A DNA stretch of 64,000 bases from Halobacteriales archaeon QS_4_69_34 (GCA_003021045.1 PXRN01000003.1:1-64000), one strand, 5' to 3'. Positions 49,193 through 59,872 are shown, counted from the first letter of the stretch. Numbers and translations: made by a program. The notes: a model not told the origin generated them from the sequence alone.

Positions 49193-50995
49193 TCAGACGT
49201 GCTGATCGAGGAACGCGGCGATCCGGGTGTAGGCCTCGATCCTGTTTTCCAGCTTCGTGAAGCCGTGCCCCTCGTCCTCGAAGATCAGCTTCTCGACGGG
49301 CACCCCCTGCTCGCGGGCCGTCTCGACGATCGCCTCGGCCTCGCTCACCGGCACCCGGGGATCGTTCGCGCCATGGAGGACGAACAGCGGCGCGGCGATC
49401 CGCTCTGCACTACTGATCGGGCTCACCGATTCGAGAAAGTCCCGGTCCTCGGCCAGCGAGCCGTACTCGGCCTCCCGGAGCTCGCGCCGCCACTCGCCGG
49501 TGTTCTCGAGAAAGGTCACGAAGCTGGCGATCCCCACGACGTCGACGCCGGCGGCCCAGAGCTCGGGATACTCCGTGAGGCAGGCAAGCACCATGAACCC
49601 GCCGTAGGAGCCGCCCATCGCGGCCACCCTGTCGGAATCGACGACCGGATGCTCGGCGAGCCACGCAACCCCGGCCTCGATATCGGCCACCGAGTCCATG
49701 CGCCTCTCGACGTCGTCGAGGTGGGTGTAGGCCTTCCCGTAGCCCGACGACCCGCGGACGTTCGGCTCGAAGACCGCGTATCCCCGGTCGAGCAGGTACT
49801 GGGTGACCGGCGAGAAGGAGGGTCGGCGCTGGCTCTCCGGGCCGCCATGGATGTCGACCACGACGGGCGTCCCGCCCGCGACGGGATCGGCCGGCAGTGA
49901 GAGGAAGGCCGGGATCTCCCGGCCGTCGAAGCTCTCGAAGCGGATCAGCTCGGGCGCACGGAACCGCTCTCTCGGGATGCCCGCGGTGGCGGCGGCCGTC
50001 CAGCGCTCGCTCGCACCGGTCGCGACGTCGATCACGTGGACGTTCGCGTTGTCCCGGCGACCGGTGGTCGTGACGGCAAAACGGTCCGCGCCGTCCTCGA
50101 AGGAGACGTCGCCCGCGACGCCGTCGGGAAGGTCGGGCGTCGGAAACTCCTCGATGGCGGTCCCGCGCTCGCCGGCCAGCTCGCCGACGGCGAGCTCGGT
50201 GTAGCCCTCGACGTTGCGCGAGTAGACCAGCCGGCCCGTCTCGTCGTCGAGCGCGAGGCCGTCGACGTTCCACGCGCCGCCCTCGACGACGGTTTCGATA
50301 TCGCGGGAGGCGAGGTCGAGCCGGGCGAGAAAGAGGGTATCGGCGTCACGGTCGGTCACGAGATAGAGGGCGTCGCCGTCGGGACCCCACGCTGCGCTTC
50401 GAAAGCGTACGTCCCCCTCGTGAGGGGTGAGGTGGGTCATCGCGCCCGAATCGAGGTCGAAGATGTGGAGATCCTGATCGAAGCTGGAGTGGGACTCGCT
50501 CACGAGCAGGCGGTCGTTGTCGGGCGAGAAACCGCCGACGGTGAGCCAGCCGTCGCCCTCGTGGACCAGTTCGGCGTCCTCGCCCGTCTCCGTGCGACCC
50601 TGCGTGTAGACGTCGAAGACCGCCTCGTCGCGCCGGTTGGCGGCGAAGGCGAACCGCTCGCCGTCGTGGCTCCAGCCGCCCCAGCGGTGTTTCGCGTCGG
50701 GCCTGTCGGTCAGCGCGGTGATCGTCCCGTCGGGATCGAGCCCGAACAGCTGGGCGCGCTCGTCGCCGCCCTCGTCCATGCTGAAGACCAGTTCGGGCCG
50801 CTCGGGCGAGTACGAGACGAAGGTGACGCGCTCCTCGAAGAAGGTGCGCTGGGTGGGCCACTCGCCGGGGCCGCCGAGCGTCCACACCTGTGGGACGCCC
50901 GTCGTGTTCAACAGGAAAGCGAGCTCGCCGTCGGGACTCATCGACGCACCGTGGGCGCTGCGGACGTTGAGATACCGCTCGATGCCGTAGGCCAT
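49193..50995 (-). CDS. S9 family serine peptidase (prolyl oligopeptidase/acylaminoacyl peptidase-like) with beta-propeller N-domain
   Basis: GGSYGGFM nucleophile elbow, ...HGANDPRVP..., C-terminal ...EGHGF; 600 aa. Confidence 0.85.
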   Translation of the reverse strand: MAYGIERYLNVRSAHGASMSPDGELAFLLNTTGVPQVWTLGGPGEWPTQRTFFEERVTFVSYSPERPELVFSMDEGGDERAQLFGLDPDGTITALTDRPDAKHRWGGWSHDGERFAFAANRRDEAVFDVYTQGRTETGEDAELVHEGDGWLTVGGFSPDNDRLLVSESHSSFDQDLHIFDLDSGAMTHLTPHEGDVRFRSAAWGPDGDALYLVTDRDADTLFLARLDLASRDIETVVEGGAWNVDGLALDDETGRLVYSRNVEGYTELAVGELAGERGTAIEEFPTPDLPDGVAGDVSFEDGADRFAVTTTGRRDNANVHVIDVATGASERWTAAATAGIPRERFRAPELIRFESFDGREIPAFLSLPADPVAGGTPVVVDIHGGPESQRRPSFSPVTQYLLDRGYAVFEPNVRGSSGYGKAYTHLDDVERRMDSVADIEAGVAWLAEHPVVDSDRVAAMGGSYGGFMVLACLTEYPELWAAGVDVVGIASFVTFLENTGEWRRELREAEYGSLAEDRDFLESVSPISSAERIAAPLFVLHGANDPRVPVSEAEAIVETAREQGVPVEKLIFEDEGHGFTKLENRIEAYTRIAAFLDQHV

Positions 50996-51327
50996 GTCCG
51001 CCCTTCAGACGGCGAGCGCAAAGCGTTTCGGATCGCGGCCGGACTGGATCGCCGCGCTCGTCGGGTCCTCCCCCTCCCGCGAACGGGTGGTCACCTCCCC
51101 CGGATGGTGTCCCGGTCGCACGGACCGGGCAGGCCTCCTCCCGGGCCGTGCGCGTCGGCAGCGCCAATCTCGGCCCCACCTGCCCGTGGGGCGGCGGTCC
51201 CCGATCGAACGCCCGCCGAGGAGGCCGAACCGGCCACTCACGACCGCCACTGCCGGTCTTCGGCCCGCGGGCGGGAGCGGTCCGGGCTGCACCCGCCAGG
51301 ACAAGACACATATAGCGACCCGGCGTA

Positions 51328-52377
51328 GTGGACGACAGAGGACAGAGTGTGAGCGAGGAGGGACCGGAGGCCGACACTGGAGAGCCCTCGCTGACCGAGC
51401 AGCTGCTGTCGTCGTTGCGCGGCGAGGACCGGACGGTGGGCGAGGACAGCGTGGGCGCGGCCGAGTCCGGATCGGCCGCCCCGCTGCGCGACCGAACGTT
51501 GGCCCCGCTCGCCGGCGACGGCTGGATCTTTGGTGGGAGCGACGCGGCGGCTGGGGCCGACACGACCGAGGGAGGCGGACTTTCGATGATCGAGCAGGTG
51601 CTGGCCCCGCTCGTCGGCGTGTTGATCATCGTCGTCCTCCTCTCGGGCGCTGGCTTCCTCGCCGTGGAACTGTTCGACTCGCCCGGCTCCGGCGAGCCGA
51701 ATCAGGCGGTCGGGGTGCCCGACATCACCGCCATCTCCGGTACGGGCGCTACGGATCCGAACACGACCGCCACCCCGAACGCGACCGCCACCCCGAACGC
51801 GACCGAGACGGCGGCAGTCACGACACGTCCCGAGACGGCCACCACCGCTGGCGACGGCGCGGCGACGCCGACGACGCCGGCCGGAGCGACAGCGACGTCC
51901 GAGTCGACGCTCACGGCAATCACCATCCCGACCGAGACCGAGACGGCCACGCCGACAGCGACTGAAACCCCGACCGAGACGGAAACCGAGACAGCCACGC
52001 CGACGGCAACTCGGACGCCGACCGAGACCGCGACGCCGACCGCGACGGCCACGCCGACTCGAACGCCGACCGAAACCGCGACGCCGACGGTAACTCAGAC
52101 CCCGACCGAGACGACCGCGCCGACGGCGACGGAAACCGCGACGCCGACCGAGGTTCCGACGATAACGGTGACCATCAGTACGCCGGGGCCCGAGACCGCA
52201 ACCCGGACGGCCACGGCGATGGAGACCCCGACCCGGACGGAAACGGTAACGCCGACCGAGACGGCCACACGGACGGAAACCGGGACGGCCACACCGACGT
52301 TGGCCTCCGACACGGAGACGCCGACGCTGCCGACGACGGTCCCGACGGTCACCGCCGGCACGGTCGGATCCGGGTAG
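51328..52377 (+). CDS. Membrane-anchored protein with long Thr/Pro-rich tandem-repeat region ([11 protein letters not shown]...)
   Basis: One TM ([22 protein letters not shown]), then about 170 aa of imperfect 9-13 aa repeats; 349 aa. N-terminal boundary uncertain. Confidence 0.5.
   Translation: MDDRGQSVSEEGPEADTGEPSLTEQLLSSLRGEDRTVGEDSVGAAESGSAAPLRDRTLAPLAGDGWIFGGSDAAAGADTTEGGGLSMIEQVLAPLVGVLIIVVLLSGAGFLAVELFDSPGSGEPNQAVGVPDITAISGTGATDPNTTATPNATATPNATETAAVTTRPETATTAGDGAATPTTPAGATATSESTLTAITIPTETETATPTATETPTETETETATPTATRTPTETATPTATATPTRTPTETATPTVTQTPTETTAPTATETATPTEVPTITVTISTPGPETATRTATAMETPTRTETVTPTETATRTETGTATPTLASDTETPTLPTTVPTVTAGTVGSG
51930..52330 (+). repeat. Imperfect tandem DNA repeats (period about 27-39 nt) encoding the [10 protein letters not shown] repeats
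   Basis: Recurrent acgccgaccgagaccgcgacgccgac units. Confidence 0.6.
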
Positions 52378-52537
52378 TGGCGCTGGATAGCGAGCGACGG
52401 AGACAGCGAAGGGCCACGGCCGTCGGCGGACCTCCAGGCCACTCGGACGACCCCGGACGGACGCCGATACGTCGACCCGGGGCGCGTGAGTGGAGGCGGA
52501 CCTACCGACGTGCCCGTCGGTCGTCACCGACCGGCAG

Positions 52538-52684
52538 CTACCCGGAGCCCCAGTCGGAGATGCCGAGCACGACGTCACACTCCGGACAGGTCCAGACCTT
52601 CGGGGTGCTCGCGCGCGTCGCCTGTTCGAGCCGCCGGGCCCACGTCGTCACGTCCGCCTCGCAGTGCGGGCAGATCGCCGCCAT
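52538..52684 (-). CDS. Possible small zinc-ribbon protein (48 aa; CPHC...CPEC)
   Basis: MAAICPHCEADVTTWARRLEQATRASTPKVWTCPECDVVLGISDWGSG*; in a gap of otherwise non-coding sequence. Confidence 0.3.
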   Translation of the reverse strand: MAAICPHCEADVTTWARRLEQATRASTPKVWTCPECDVVLGISDWGSG

Positions 52685-53055
52685 GCCACCACATCACACT
52701 ACCGACCCTTGTAGCTTCGGGCCTCGCGAGCGACGGCCGGCGGGATCGGTGCGACCGGCGTCGGGTGGAGCGACACGCGAATCGCGGGACAGACCACATG
52801 CGGACTCGACCGTCCACACGCCCCCGACCGATTCGCGCGCCGTCTCGGCCCGTGACGTGAGTGGGACGACGCCGACCGCGAGCGCCGGGACACGCGAGCG
52901 ACCGCCGCCACGCCGCTCTCCTCTCGTCCCGAAGCCGGCCCGCTCCGTTCGTCGACGGCGAACTGCTCCGGAGCTTCTGGGCGAGCGCTCCGGCGACCCC
53001 GCCCCTGCGAGCGGGGTCACAAAGAGTTTTTGTCGGCCTCCAGCCTACGGCGCGC

Positions 53056-53391
53056 ATGACCGAACACACCGTCGAGTTCGTCGGCACCGGCGAGCGGATT
53101 CAGGTCTCCGAGAAGGAGACGATCCTGCGGGCCTGCCTGCGCGAAGGCATCGCACAGGAGTACTCCTGTCGGGTCGGGATGTGTCTGGCCTGCTCGGCCG
53201 AGATCCTCGAGGGCGAAGTGACCCAGCCGGCGGCGCGCGCGCTGACCGAGCACGAGGCCGAGCGCTACGCGCTGACTTGCATGGCCCGGCCGCTCTCTGA
53301 CCTCCGGCTCGACCGGGGGACGTACCCGCCGAGCATCGAAGGCGACGCGGCGGGCGAGGCCGGTGACGATCCCGCAGTGGCCGACGACTGA
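53056..53391 (+). CDS. Plant-type [2Fe-2S] ferredoxin
   Basis: CRVGMCLAC (C-x4-C-x2-C) plus a downstream Cys (LTCMARP); 111 aa from MTEHTV. Confidence 0.8.
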   Translation: MTEHTVEFVGTGERIQVSEKETILRACLREGIAQEYSCRVGMCLACSAEILEGEVTQPAARALTEHEAERYALTCMARPLSDLRLDRGTYPPSIEGDAAGEAGDDPAVADD

Positions 53392-53492
53392 CGCGGCCCC
53401 GACGGAGTTCGGCGGGGACGTGCCGGTCCACTCCGCTCGGTGCGAGCGTGGCCCGACGACAACCATTTGTGCGGGGGGACACTACAGGAGGT

Positions 53493-53837
53493 GTGACCTT
53501 CGAACCGAACGCCGGACTGGCCCAGCCGACGGTCGACGAGCGCGTCGACGACGCCATCGCCGATAACGAGGTCGTGCTGTTCATGAAAGGCACCGAGATC
53601 ATGCCCCAGTGTGGTTACTCCGATCGCGCGTTGGGGCTCATCGGACAGTACAGGGAGGAGTTCGCCACCGTCGACGTGCTCGAATCGATCGACGAGTTCC
53701 GTGTCGCGCTCGAGCGCCACAGCGGCTGGGAGACGACCCCGCAGGCGTTCGTCGACGGCGAGTTCGTCGGCGGCAGCGACGTCCTCGCCGAACTCGACGA
53801 GCGCGGCGAGCTCGAGGCCACGCTGACGGACGGGTAG
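53493..53837 (+). CDS. Monothiol glutaredoxin (CGFS-type; CGYS here)
   Basis: ...VVLFMKGTEIMPQCGYSDRA...; a GTG at 53493 is preferred, with an alternative in-frame GTG at 53448. Confidence 0.75.
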   Translation: MTFEPNAGLAQPTVDERVDDAIADNEVVLFMKGTEIMPQCGYSDRALGLIGQYREEFATVDVLESIDEFRVALERHSGWETTPQAFVDGEFVGGSDVLAELDERGELEATLTDG

Positions 53838-53924
53838 CTTGCAAAAGACAGCAGCTATAAGTCGGGGGGCCCTACCGACGACCGAACGGGCAGTAGCGGC
53901 TGACGCCCGGCTGTCGAGGAAACC

Positions 53925-54518
53925 ATGACCAACCGCGTATTCCAGCTCCACTCGACGCTCGAACTGCCCCTCGAAGACGTACAGAACTTTCTCGACGACC
54001 CTCCCCTTCCGGCCGGGATCGCGTCAGTCGAACTCACCCGCCGGAACAACACGTTGATCATCAACGCCGAGGCCGCCGACGACTCCATCAGCAAGTACAC
54101 CCCGACGGCCCAGCTGAAAGCCAGCGTCACCGAGAACCGCATCTACGAGGAACCACCGGAGGAGGCGGTCCAGCGCCCGGGCGGGGGCAGCGGCCCCCAG
54201 TGGCAGGCCGGGTTCGGCGACGACGAGGAGCTGCCCCCCTCCGAGCTCGTCGAGTACGCCTGCTTCAAGGGCGACCGCGAGACTGTCCTCCAGAACACCG
54301 CCGTCCAGTATCCCATGTTCGAGGTACTCTGTGCGATCGCCCGTCGCGCCGAGAAGGGCGCGCTCACCGCCATCGTCGCAGTCGACGGGGATCTCGACGC
54401 CGTCCGGATCGTCGACGGCGAGGAGCGCCCCGCCTCCATCGAGGTCGTCGAGGACCCCACCGAGGGTTCCGCCGCGGCCGAGGGCGTCGACTGGCGGAGC
54501 AACGAGTTCATTCGCTAG
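53925..54518 (+). CDS. Conserved hypothetical protein
   Basis: 197 aa, acidic; no family recognised. Confidence 0.5.
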   Translation: MTNRVFQLHSTLELPLEDVQNFLDDPPLPAGIASVELTRRNNTLIINAEAADDSISKYTPTAQLKASVTENRIYEEPPEEAVQRPGGGSGPQWQAGFGDDEELPPSELVEYACFKGDRETVLQNTAVQYPMFEVLCAIARRAEKGALTAIVAVDGDLDAVRIVDGEERPASIEVVEDPTEGSAAAEGVDWRSNEFIR

Positions 54519-54600
54519 CAGCCATTTTTCCGCACGGATTCGGCGGAGCGAGTGCCGCAGGCACGAGCGACGGAGGACCCCGCGCAAAAACCTGGAATAG
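54519..54600 (+). repeat. Copy 2 of the ~85-nt intergenic element
   Basis: GGATTCGGCGGAGCGAGTGCCGCAGGCACGAGCGACGGAGGACCCC...AAAAACCTGG; the 35-nt core is identical to copy 1. Confidence 0.6.
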
Positions 54601-55120
54601 AAGGGCTGTGTCCCCCCTCTCCGGTCGGTCGTCCGCTCGCGGTAGAACTGCCGGCGACGACCGTCACTGCGACCGTGCCACCGAGCCTTAGCCCGTCCAC
54701 ACCGAACGGGCCTCGCCCGCGGCGGCTACGACCGGATCGGACGGCTGCTCGGCGAGACCCGACGGCCGATCGACGGCTGTTTCTGCGCGAGCGGCCGTCC
54801 CTCGTGTGTGCAGTCCCCACAGTGTGGCAACGCGAACGCCCCACTGGAGAAGGGCCTCGCCGTTTCCTGCTCGACCGGCCGCTCGACGCCCGGACCGGAC
54901 CGCCCCTCAAACATAGCAGTACTCCGAAGGCGCTGTATTTCTTCTGAGATGTTTGGAGAGGGCGATAGGGGGCAAATTCGAACCCGCCATCAGAACGGTC
55001 GCAGATGCATACAGGGTAGCAGAATGGGCCGAGAGCGGCTGAACGGTCAGCTGATGTTCCAGTTGTACTTACCAATCCAGCGACGGCAACGCTTAGGTAT
55101 CCAGCAGCGAGCCATCACTC

Positions 55121-56596
55121 ATGACCGAGACCGTCCTGCTCGTCGGCGGCGGCGGCCGCGAGCACGCCATCGCCCGCGCGCTCGTTGGCCCCGACGCCGA
55201 ATCGGCGGCCGACTGTGAGCTCTACGCCTGCGCCGAGAACCGCAACCCCGGCGTCACCGCCCTCACCGCCGGGTTCGAGACGCTCGACACGACCGCCCCG
55301 AAGGCCGTCGTCGAGTACGCCGAACGGGTCGGCGCGACGATCGCCGTGATCGGTCCGGAAACACCCCTGGAGGCGGGCGTCGCCGACGAGCTGGCCGCAG
55401 CGGGGGTGTACCCGTTCGGTCCTACCGCCGAGCAGGCCCGCATCGAAACCGACAAGGCCTACCAGCGCCGGTTCATGCGCGAACACGGCATTCCTGGGTG
55501 TCCTGACTTCGAGACGTTCGACGAGATCGAGCGCGCCTGCGAGTACGTCGAGAAGCACGACGGCGACCTCGCGGTGAAACCCGTCGGACTCACGGGCGGC
55601 AAGGGCGTACGCGTGATCGGCGACCAGCTCACCCACGAGGACGCCAAGGCGTATCTCCGTGACTCGAACTACGACCGGGTGGTGTTAGAGGAGCGCCTCG
55701 TCGGCGAGGAGTTCACCGTTCAGGCGCTCGTCGCCAACGGCACGGTGCGCGCGACGCCCGCCGTCCAGGACCACAAACGCGCCTACGAGGGCGACGAGGG
55801 ACCCAATACCGGCGGGATGGGCAGTTACTCCGATGCCGCCCTCGAACTGCCGTTCCTGACGGACGAGGAGTACCGCGAGGCCGTCTCGATCGTCGAGGCC
55901 ACCGCCGCGGCGCTCGACGACGCGGACGTGTCCGAAGGGGATGGCGGGTCCGAGAACGCGAGCGCCGCAGACGGCTACACGGGTGTGCTCTACGGCCAGT
56001 TCATGCTCACCGCCGACGGCGTGAAGGTCGTCGAGTTCAACGCCCGCTTCGGCGACCCCGAGGCGATGAACACCCTCCCGATCCTCGAAACACCCTTGCT
56101 CGACGTGCTGACCGCGGCCCGCGACGGCGATCCCCTTCCCCAGCTGACCGTCGCGCGTCGGGCGACGGTCTGTAAGTACGCCGTCCCCGCTGGCTACCCC
56201 GACGACCCCGAGGCGGGCGCGAAGGTGCGCGTCGACGAGGCAGTCGTCGAGCGGATCAACGCGCAGTTCGCCGACGGCGAGGGCTCCAGCCCGGACGTCG
56301 CTACCGACGGCGGGAGCGGCGGGGCGTTTCCGGAAGCGCTCCTGTTCTACGCGAGCGTCGACGCGCGCGAGGACGGCATCTACACGACGACCTCCCGCGC
56401 GTTCGCCGTCGTCGGCCTCGCCGGGACCATCGCCGACGCCGAGGCGGTCGTCGAGGAGGTGCTCGCGGCCGCCGGCACGGAGGGCCTGCGCGTGCGCCAC
56501 GACGTCGGGACCGAGGCGCTCGTCAGGCGGCGCGTCGAGCACGCCGAGGCGCTCCGTGGATCGGCGGACGAAACGCAAGAAGCGGGCGTAGACTGA
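55121..56596 (+). CDS. purD: Phosphoribosylamine--glycine ligase
   Basis: MTETVLLVGGGGREHAIARAL..., ATP-grasp core, with halophile-type acidic insertions; 491 aa. Confidence 0.9.
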   Translation: MTETVLLVGGGGREHAIARALVGPDAESAADCELYACAENRNPGVTALTAGFETLDTTAPKAVVEYAERVGATIAVIGPETPLEAGVADELAAAGVYPFGPTAEQARIETDKAYQRRFMREHGIPGCPDFETFDEIERACEYVEKHDGDLAVKPVGLTGGKGVRVIGDQLTHEDAKAYLRDSNYDRVVLEERLVGEEFTVQALVANGTVRATPAVQDHKRAYEGDEGPNTGGMGSYSDAALELPFLTDEEYREAVSIVEATAAALDDADVSEGDGGSENASAADGYTGVLYGQFMLTADGVKVVEFNARFGDPEAMNTLPILETPLLDVLTAARDGDPLPQLTVARRATVCKYAVPAGYPDDPEAGAKVRVDEAVVERINAQFADGEGSSPDVATDGGSGGAFPEALLFYASVDAREDGIYTTTSRAFAVVGLAGTIADAEAVVEEVLAAAGTEGLRVRHDVGTEALVRRRVEHAEALRGSADETQEAGVD

Positions 56597-56621
56597 AACC
56601 GCGCCGGCCCGAGCCACGGTT

Positions 56622-57104
56622 GTGACCCGCCACGACCGTCTCCAGCACCACTCGACGCCCGGCTCACCCAACTCCCTTCGCTACTGGACCGACGTGAGAT
56701 CGCCGTGGCGGATCGTCTACAACTACGTGCTCGTCGTCCTCGCGCGCCTCGCACCCTCCCTGCGCGCGAAGCGCTGGGCGCTCGGGCGACTCGGCGTCAC
56801 GGTGGGCGAGGGCGTCTCCTGGGGCCTCGAAGCCACCCCCGACGTGTTCTGGCCGGAGCTCCTCACAATCGAGGACCACGCTATTGTGGGCTACGACGCC
56901 GTGTTGCTCTGTCACGAGTTCCTCCAAGAGGAGTACCGCACCGGGGAGATCGTCGTGGGCGAGCGCGCGATGATCGGGGCGAAGGCGGTCGTCCTCCCCG
57001 GAGTCGAGATCGGCGCGGACGCGCGCGTGGCTGCGAACTCGTTGGTGACCGCGGACGTCCCGCCCGGAACGACCGTCACCGGCGTGCCGGCGATCGAGAC
57101 TTAG
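56622..57104 (+). CDS. Hexapeptide-repeat (LbH) acyl/acetyltransferase
   Basis: ...IGAKAVVLPGVEIGADARVAANSLVTADVPPGTTVTGVPA; 160 aa. Confidence 0.7.
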   Translation: MTRHDRLQHHSTPGSPNSLRYWTDVRSPWRIVYNYVLVVLARLAPSLRAKRWALGRLGVTVGEGVSWGLEATPDVFWPELLTIEDHAIVGYDAVLLCHEFLQEEYRTGEIVVGERAMIGAKAVVLPGVEIGADARVAANSLVTADVPPGTTVTGVPAIET

Positions 57105-57343
57105 AGCCCACCTTTCTTACCGGGGCCTCGCCCTCGATCCGCCGGGAGAGCGGAGCTTTCCCGAGCCCTGCGTTCGCGCCTGCGAACGCAGGACGCCGAG
57201 GACCGCACCGCTACCGCGGTCGCCCGACCGCCACCGCCCCACGACCACCACGCCCTGCGCCACTCCGCGACCGCCACCGCGCCGTTTTCCCCACTACCGC
57301 ACGAGCGGAACGGTTTATCCCCCGCCGCCGGTAGCGGGGAGCG

Positions 57344-58417
57344 ATGACCACGGACGGGGCCGAGAACTTCACGCGGATGGGCACCCTCGGGATCGAAGAG
57401 GAGTTCTACGTCGTCGACGATCGGGGCCGCCCGACGTCGGGCACCGACGAACTCGTCTACGGGAGCGAACCGCCCGAACTCCTGGCAGGGCGGCTCGACC
57501 ACGAGCTGTTCAAATGTGTCATCGAGACCCAGACGCCCGTCTGTGCGGATCTCGCGGCGGCCCGCGACCGGCTCCTTGCGGTCCGGGAGGCGCTGGTCGA
57601 ACACGCCGCGGCTCACGGGTACGCGATCGCCGCCGCGGGGCTCCACCCGGCGGCGCGCTGGCGCGAGCTCGAACACGCCGAGAAACCCCGATACCGTGCC
57701 CAGCTCGACCGTATCCAGTACCCTCAGCATCGGAATATGACCGCAGGATTACACGTTCACGTCGGCGTCGACGGCGCGGAGAAGGCGGCGTGGATCGCCG
57801 ACGAGCTTCGCCGATTCCTGCCGCCGATCCTCGCGCTGTCGGCGAACTCCCCCTACTGGAACGGCTTCGAAACCGGGCTGGCGTCGGCGCGCGCGACGAT
57901 CTTCGAGGGGTTGCCCCACACGGGAATGCCGACCGCCTTCGGGAGCTTCGAGAGCTACGTCCGCTTCGAGCGCGCGATGGTCGAGCACGGCTCGATCGCC
58001 GACCGGGGGGAGCTCTGGTACGACGTCCGCCCTCACACCGAGCACGGCACCGTCGAGGTCCGCACTCCCGACGCACAGGCCGACCCCGAGCGCGTGCTCG
58101 CGCTCGCCGAGTACGTCCACGCACTCGTCTGTGATCTCGCCGAGCGCTACGCCGACGGGGAGAGCTCCAGTGCTGTGCGCTGGGAGCTGCTCGGCGAGAA
58201 CAAGTGGCGGGCGCTCAGACACGGCCACGCCGCGGCGTTCGTCGACCCCGATGGCGGGGGGACGACCCCGCTTCCGGCGTTCGTCGAGCGCGAGTGCGAC
58301 CGGCTCGACGTCGAGGGGCTCGACCGGCTCGCCGTCGCCGAGAGCGGCGCGGCGCGACAGCGCCGTCTCCTCGCGGCGAACGGCCTCGACGCGCTCTGTG
58401 AGTCCCTCCGGCTGTAA
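57344..58417 (+). CDS. Glutamate--cysteine ligase, GCS2/YbdK (carboxylate-amine ligase) type
   Basis: ...[10 protein letters not shown]..., ...GLHVHVGV...; 357 aa. Confidence 0.8.
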   Translation: MTTDGAENFTRMGTLGIEEEFYVVDDRGRPTSGTDELVYGSEPPELLAGRLDHELFKCVIETQTPVCADLAAARDRLLAVREALVEHAAAHGYAIAAAGLHPAARWRELEHAEKPRYRAQLDRIQYPQHRNMTAGLHVHVGVDGAEKAAWIADELRRFLPPILALSANSPYWNGFETGLASARATIFEGLPHTGMPTAFGSFESYVRFERAMVEHGSIADRGELWYDVRPHTEHGTVEVRTPDAQADPERVLALAEYVHALVCDLAERYADGESSSAVRWELLGENKWRALRHGHAAAFVDPDGGGTTPLPAFVERECDRLDVEGLDRLAVAESGAARQRRLLAANGLDALCESLRL

Positions 58418-58458
58418 GCAAGGCTTTTGCCTGCCGGGCGTCTCCGGGGCGTGAACAG

Positions 58459-59220
58459 ATGTCTCCTGACGATACGCCACCGGCATCCGACGACGAAAGC
58501 GGAGTCGACGACGCGGCCGATCCGAGTGACGACGCGATCGGTCGGACCGGTGATGCCGACGAGGGAGGGGCCGACGGAACGATCGACGTGGGCGGGACGA
58601 CCGACGAGGCGGGCGAATCCGTCCCCGTCGAGCCGGGCGAGCCCGGGCCCGCCGACGTGCGCGCGGAGCTCGACCGCCAGCGTGAGCGTGCCAGTGGCTC
58701 CCGTGCCGGCGGACGCGACTCGCCGGCCGGGGAGCCTGGCTCCCCGATCGGCGGGCGCGACGACGGGATCGTCGACGCGCTGTTGTGGTGGTTCGACACC
58801 GAGACGCGGGCGCGCGTCTACGTCCAGCTGCGACGGCGGCCGTGGAGCACGGTCGAGTCGATCGCCGAGGGCACGGGGATCTACCCGAGCACCGTCCGGC
58901 GGGTGCTCGCGGAGCTCTACGACGATCGCGTCGTCGAGCGCCGGGCGCGCGGGCCCGAGGCAGAGGGCCCCGACGAGTACGCCGCGGTCCCGCCCGGCGA
59001 AGTCGCGTCGCTGCTCGCCGATCGGCTCGGCGACGAGTTCGACCGGCTCTTCGAGCGCGAGCCCCGGGGCCGGCTCGACGACCGCCGGGACCGCGACGGG
59101 CGACGAGCGGGTGGACGGGACGGTCCCGGCCGGACCGACAGCAGGATCGGATCGCGCGGCACCGAAAACGCGGGGAGCGGTCCCGTGCGTATCGACGTCG
59201 AGGAGCCCGACGACGAGTAG
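58459..59220 (+). CDS. Acidic protein with winged-HTH domain (putative regulator)
   Basis: ...VYVQLRRRPWSTVESIAEGTGIYPSTVRRVLAELYDDRVVERR...; 253 aa. Confidence 0.5.
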   Translation: MSPDDTPPASDDESGVDDAADPSDDAIGRTGDADEGGADGTIDVGGTTDEAGESVPVEPGEPGPADVRAELDRQRERASGSRAGGRDSPAGEPGSPIGGRDDGIVDALLWWFDTETRARVYVQLRRRPWSTVESIAEGTGIYPSTVRRVLAELYDDRVVERRARGPEAEGPDEYAAVPPGEVASLLADRLGDEFDRLFEREPRGRLDDRRDRDGRRAGGRDGPGRTDSRIGSRGTENAGSGPVRIDVEEPDDE

Positions 59221-59322
59221 TGCGGGTCGCCCGGGGCGTCGGAGGCGGCGCGGCAACGGGGGAATCGGATCGGCCTCGCCGCCGACCAAAAGGCTAAGCC
59301 GGAGGCGGCCGACCGGACGACG

Positions 59323-59811
59323 ATGAAGGTCGCGCTGGGCGGGACGTTCGATCCGATCCACGACGGTCACCGGCGACTCTTCGCGCGCGCGTTCGAACTC
59401 GGCGACGTCACGGTGGGCCTGACGAGCGACGAACTCGCAACCGAAACCCGCCACGAGAAGCGCCGCGTCCGACCCTACGAGGAGCGCCGGCGCGACCTCG
59501 ACGCCGAGCTCGCTTGGTTGGCCGCCGAGTACGGCCGCGAGTACGAGATTCACACGCTAGCGGAGCCGACCGGGATCGCCACCGAGCCACGCTTCGACGC
59601 GCTCGTCGTCTCGCCCGAAACCAGAGCGGGGGGCGAGCGGGTCAACGAGATCCGCCGCGAGCGGGGGCTCGACCCGCTCGACATCGAGGTCGTCGGGCAC
59701 GCTCGTGCCGAGGACGGGGAGATCATCTCCAGTACGCGGATCGTCCGCGGCGAGATCGACGCTCACGGCAACGTGACGCCCGGCCGCGAGGGGCGCTCGC
59801 CCGCCGAGTGA
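59323..59811 (+). CDS. coaD: Phosphopantetheine adenylyltransferase (archaeal PPAT, cytidylyltransferase fold)
   Basis: MKVALGGTFDPIHDGHRRLF (HxGH motif); 162 aa. Confidence 0.75.
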   Translation: MKVALGGTFDPIHDGHRRLFARAFELGDVTVGLTSDELATETRHEKRRVRPYEERRRDLDAELAWLAAEYGREYEIHTLAEPTGIATEPRFDALVVSPETRAGGERVNEIRRERGLDPLDIEVVGHARAEDGEIISSTRIVRGEIDAHGNVTPGREGRSPAE

Positions 59812-59872
59812 GACCGCGACGCGGTCGGCCGTCTCGGGCCCGGTTTCCGGTTTGCTCTCTTCGACCCGCGGT

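Noticed and set aside
51930-52330. Possible CRISPR array
   Set aside because: The periodic DNA is inside a reading frame encoding TPTE peptide repeats; the repeats are imperfect and contiguous with no unique spacers; no cas genes in the window.
53485-53495. AGGAGGTG Shine-Dalgarno directly abutting the glutaredoxin GTG
   Set aside because: Zero spacing to the start codon makes it non-functional as an SD; not used as evidence for start choice.
54940-55000. tRNA-like T-arm (GGGGGCAAATTCGAACCCGCC)
   Set aside because: No acceptor, D or anticodon arms can be built around it; only a chance TTCGAAC match.
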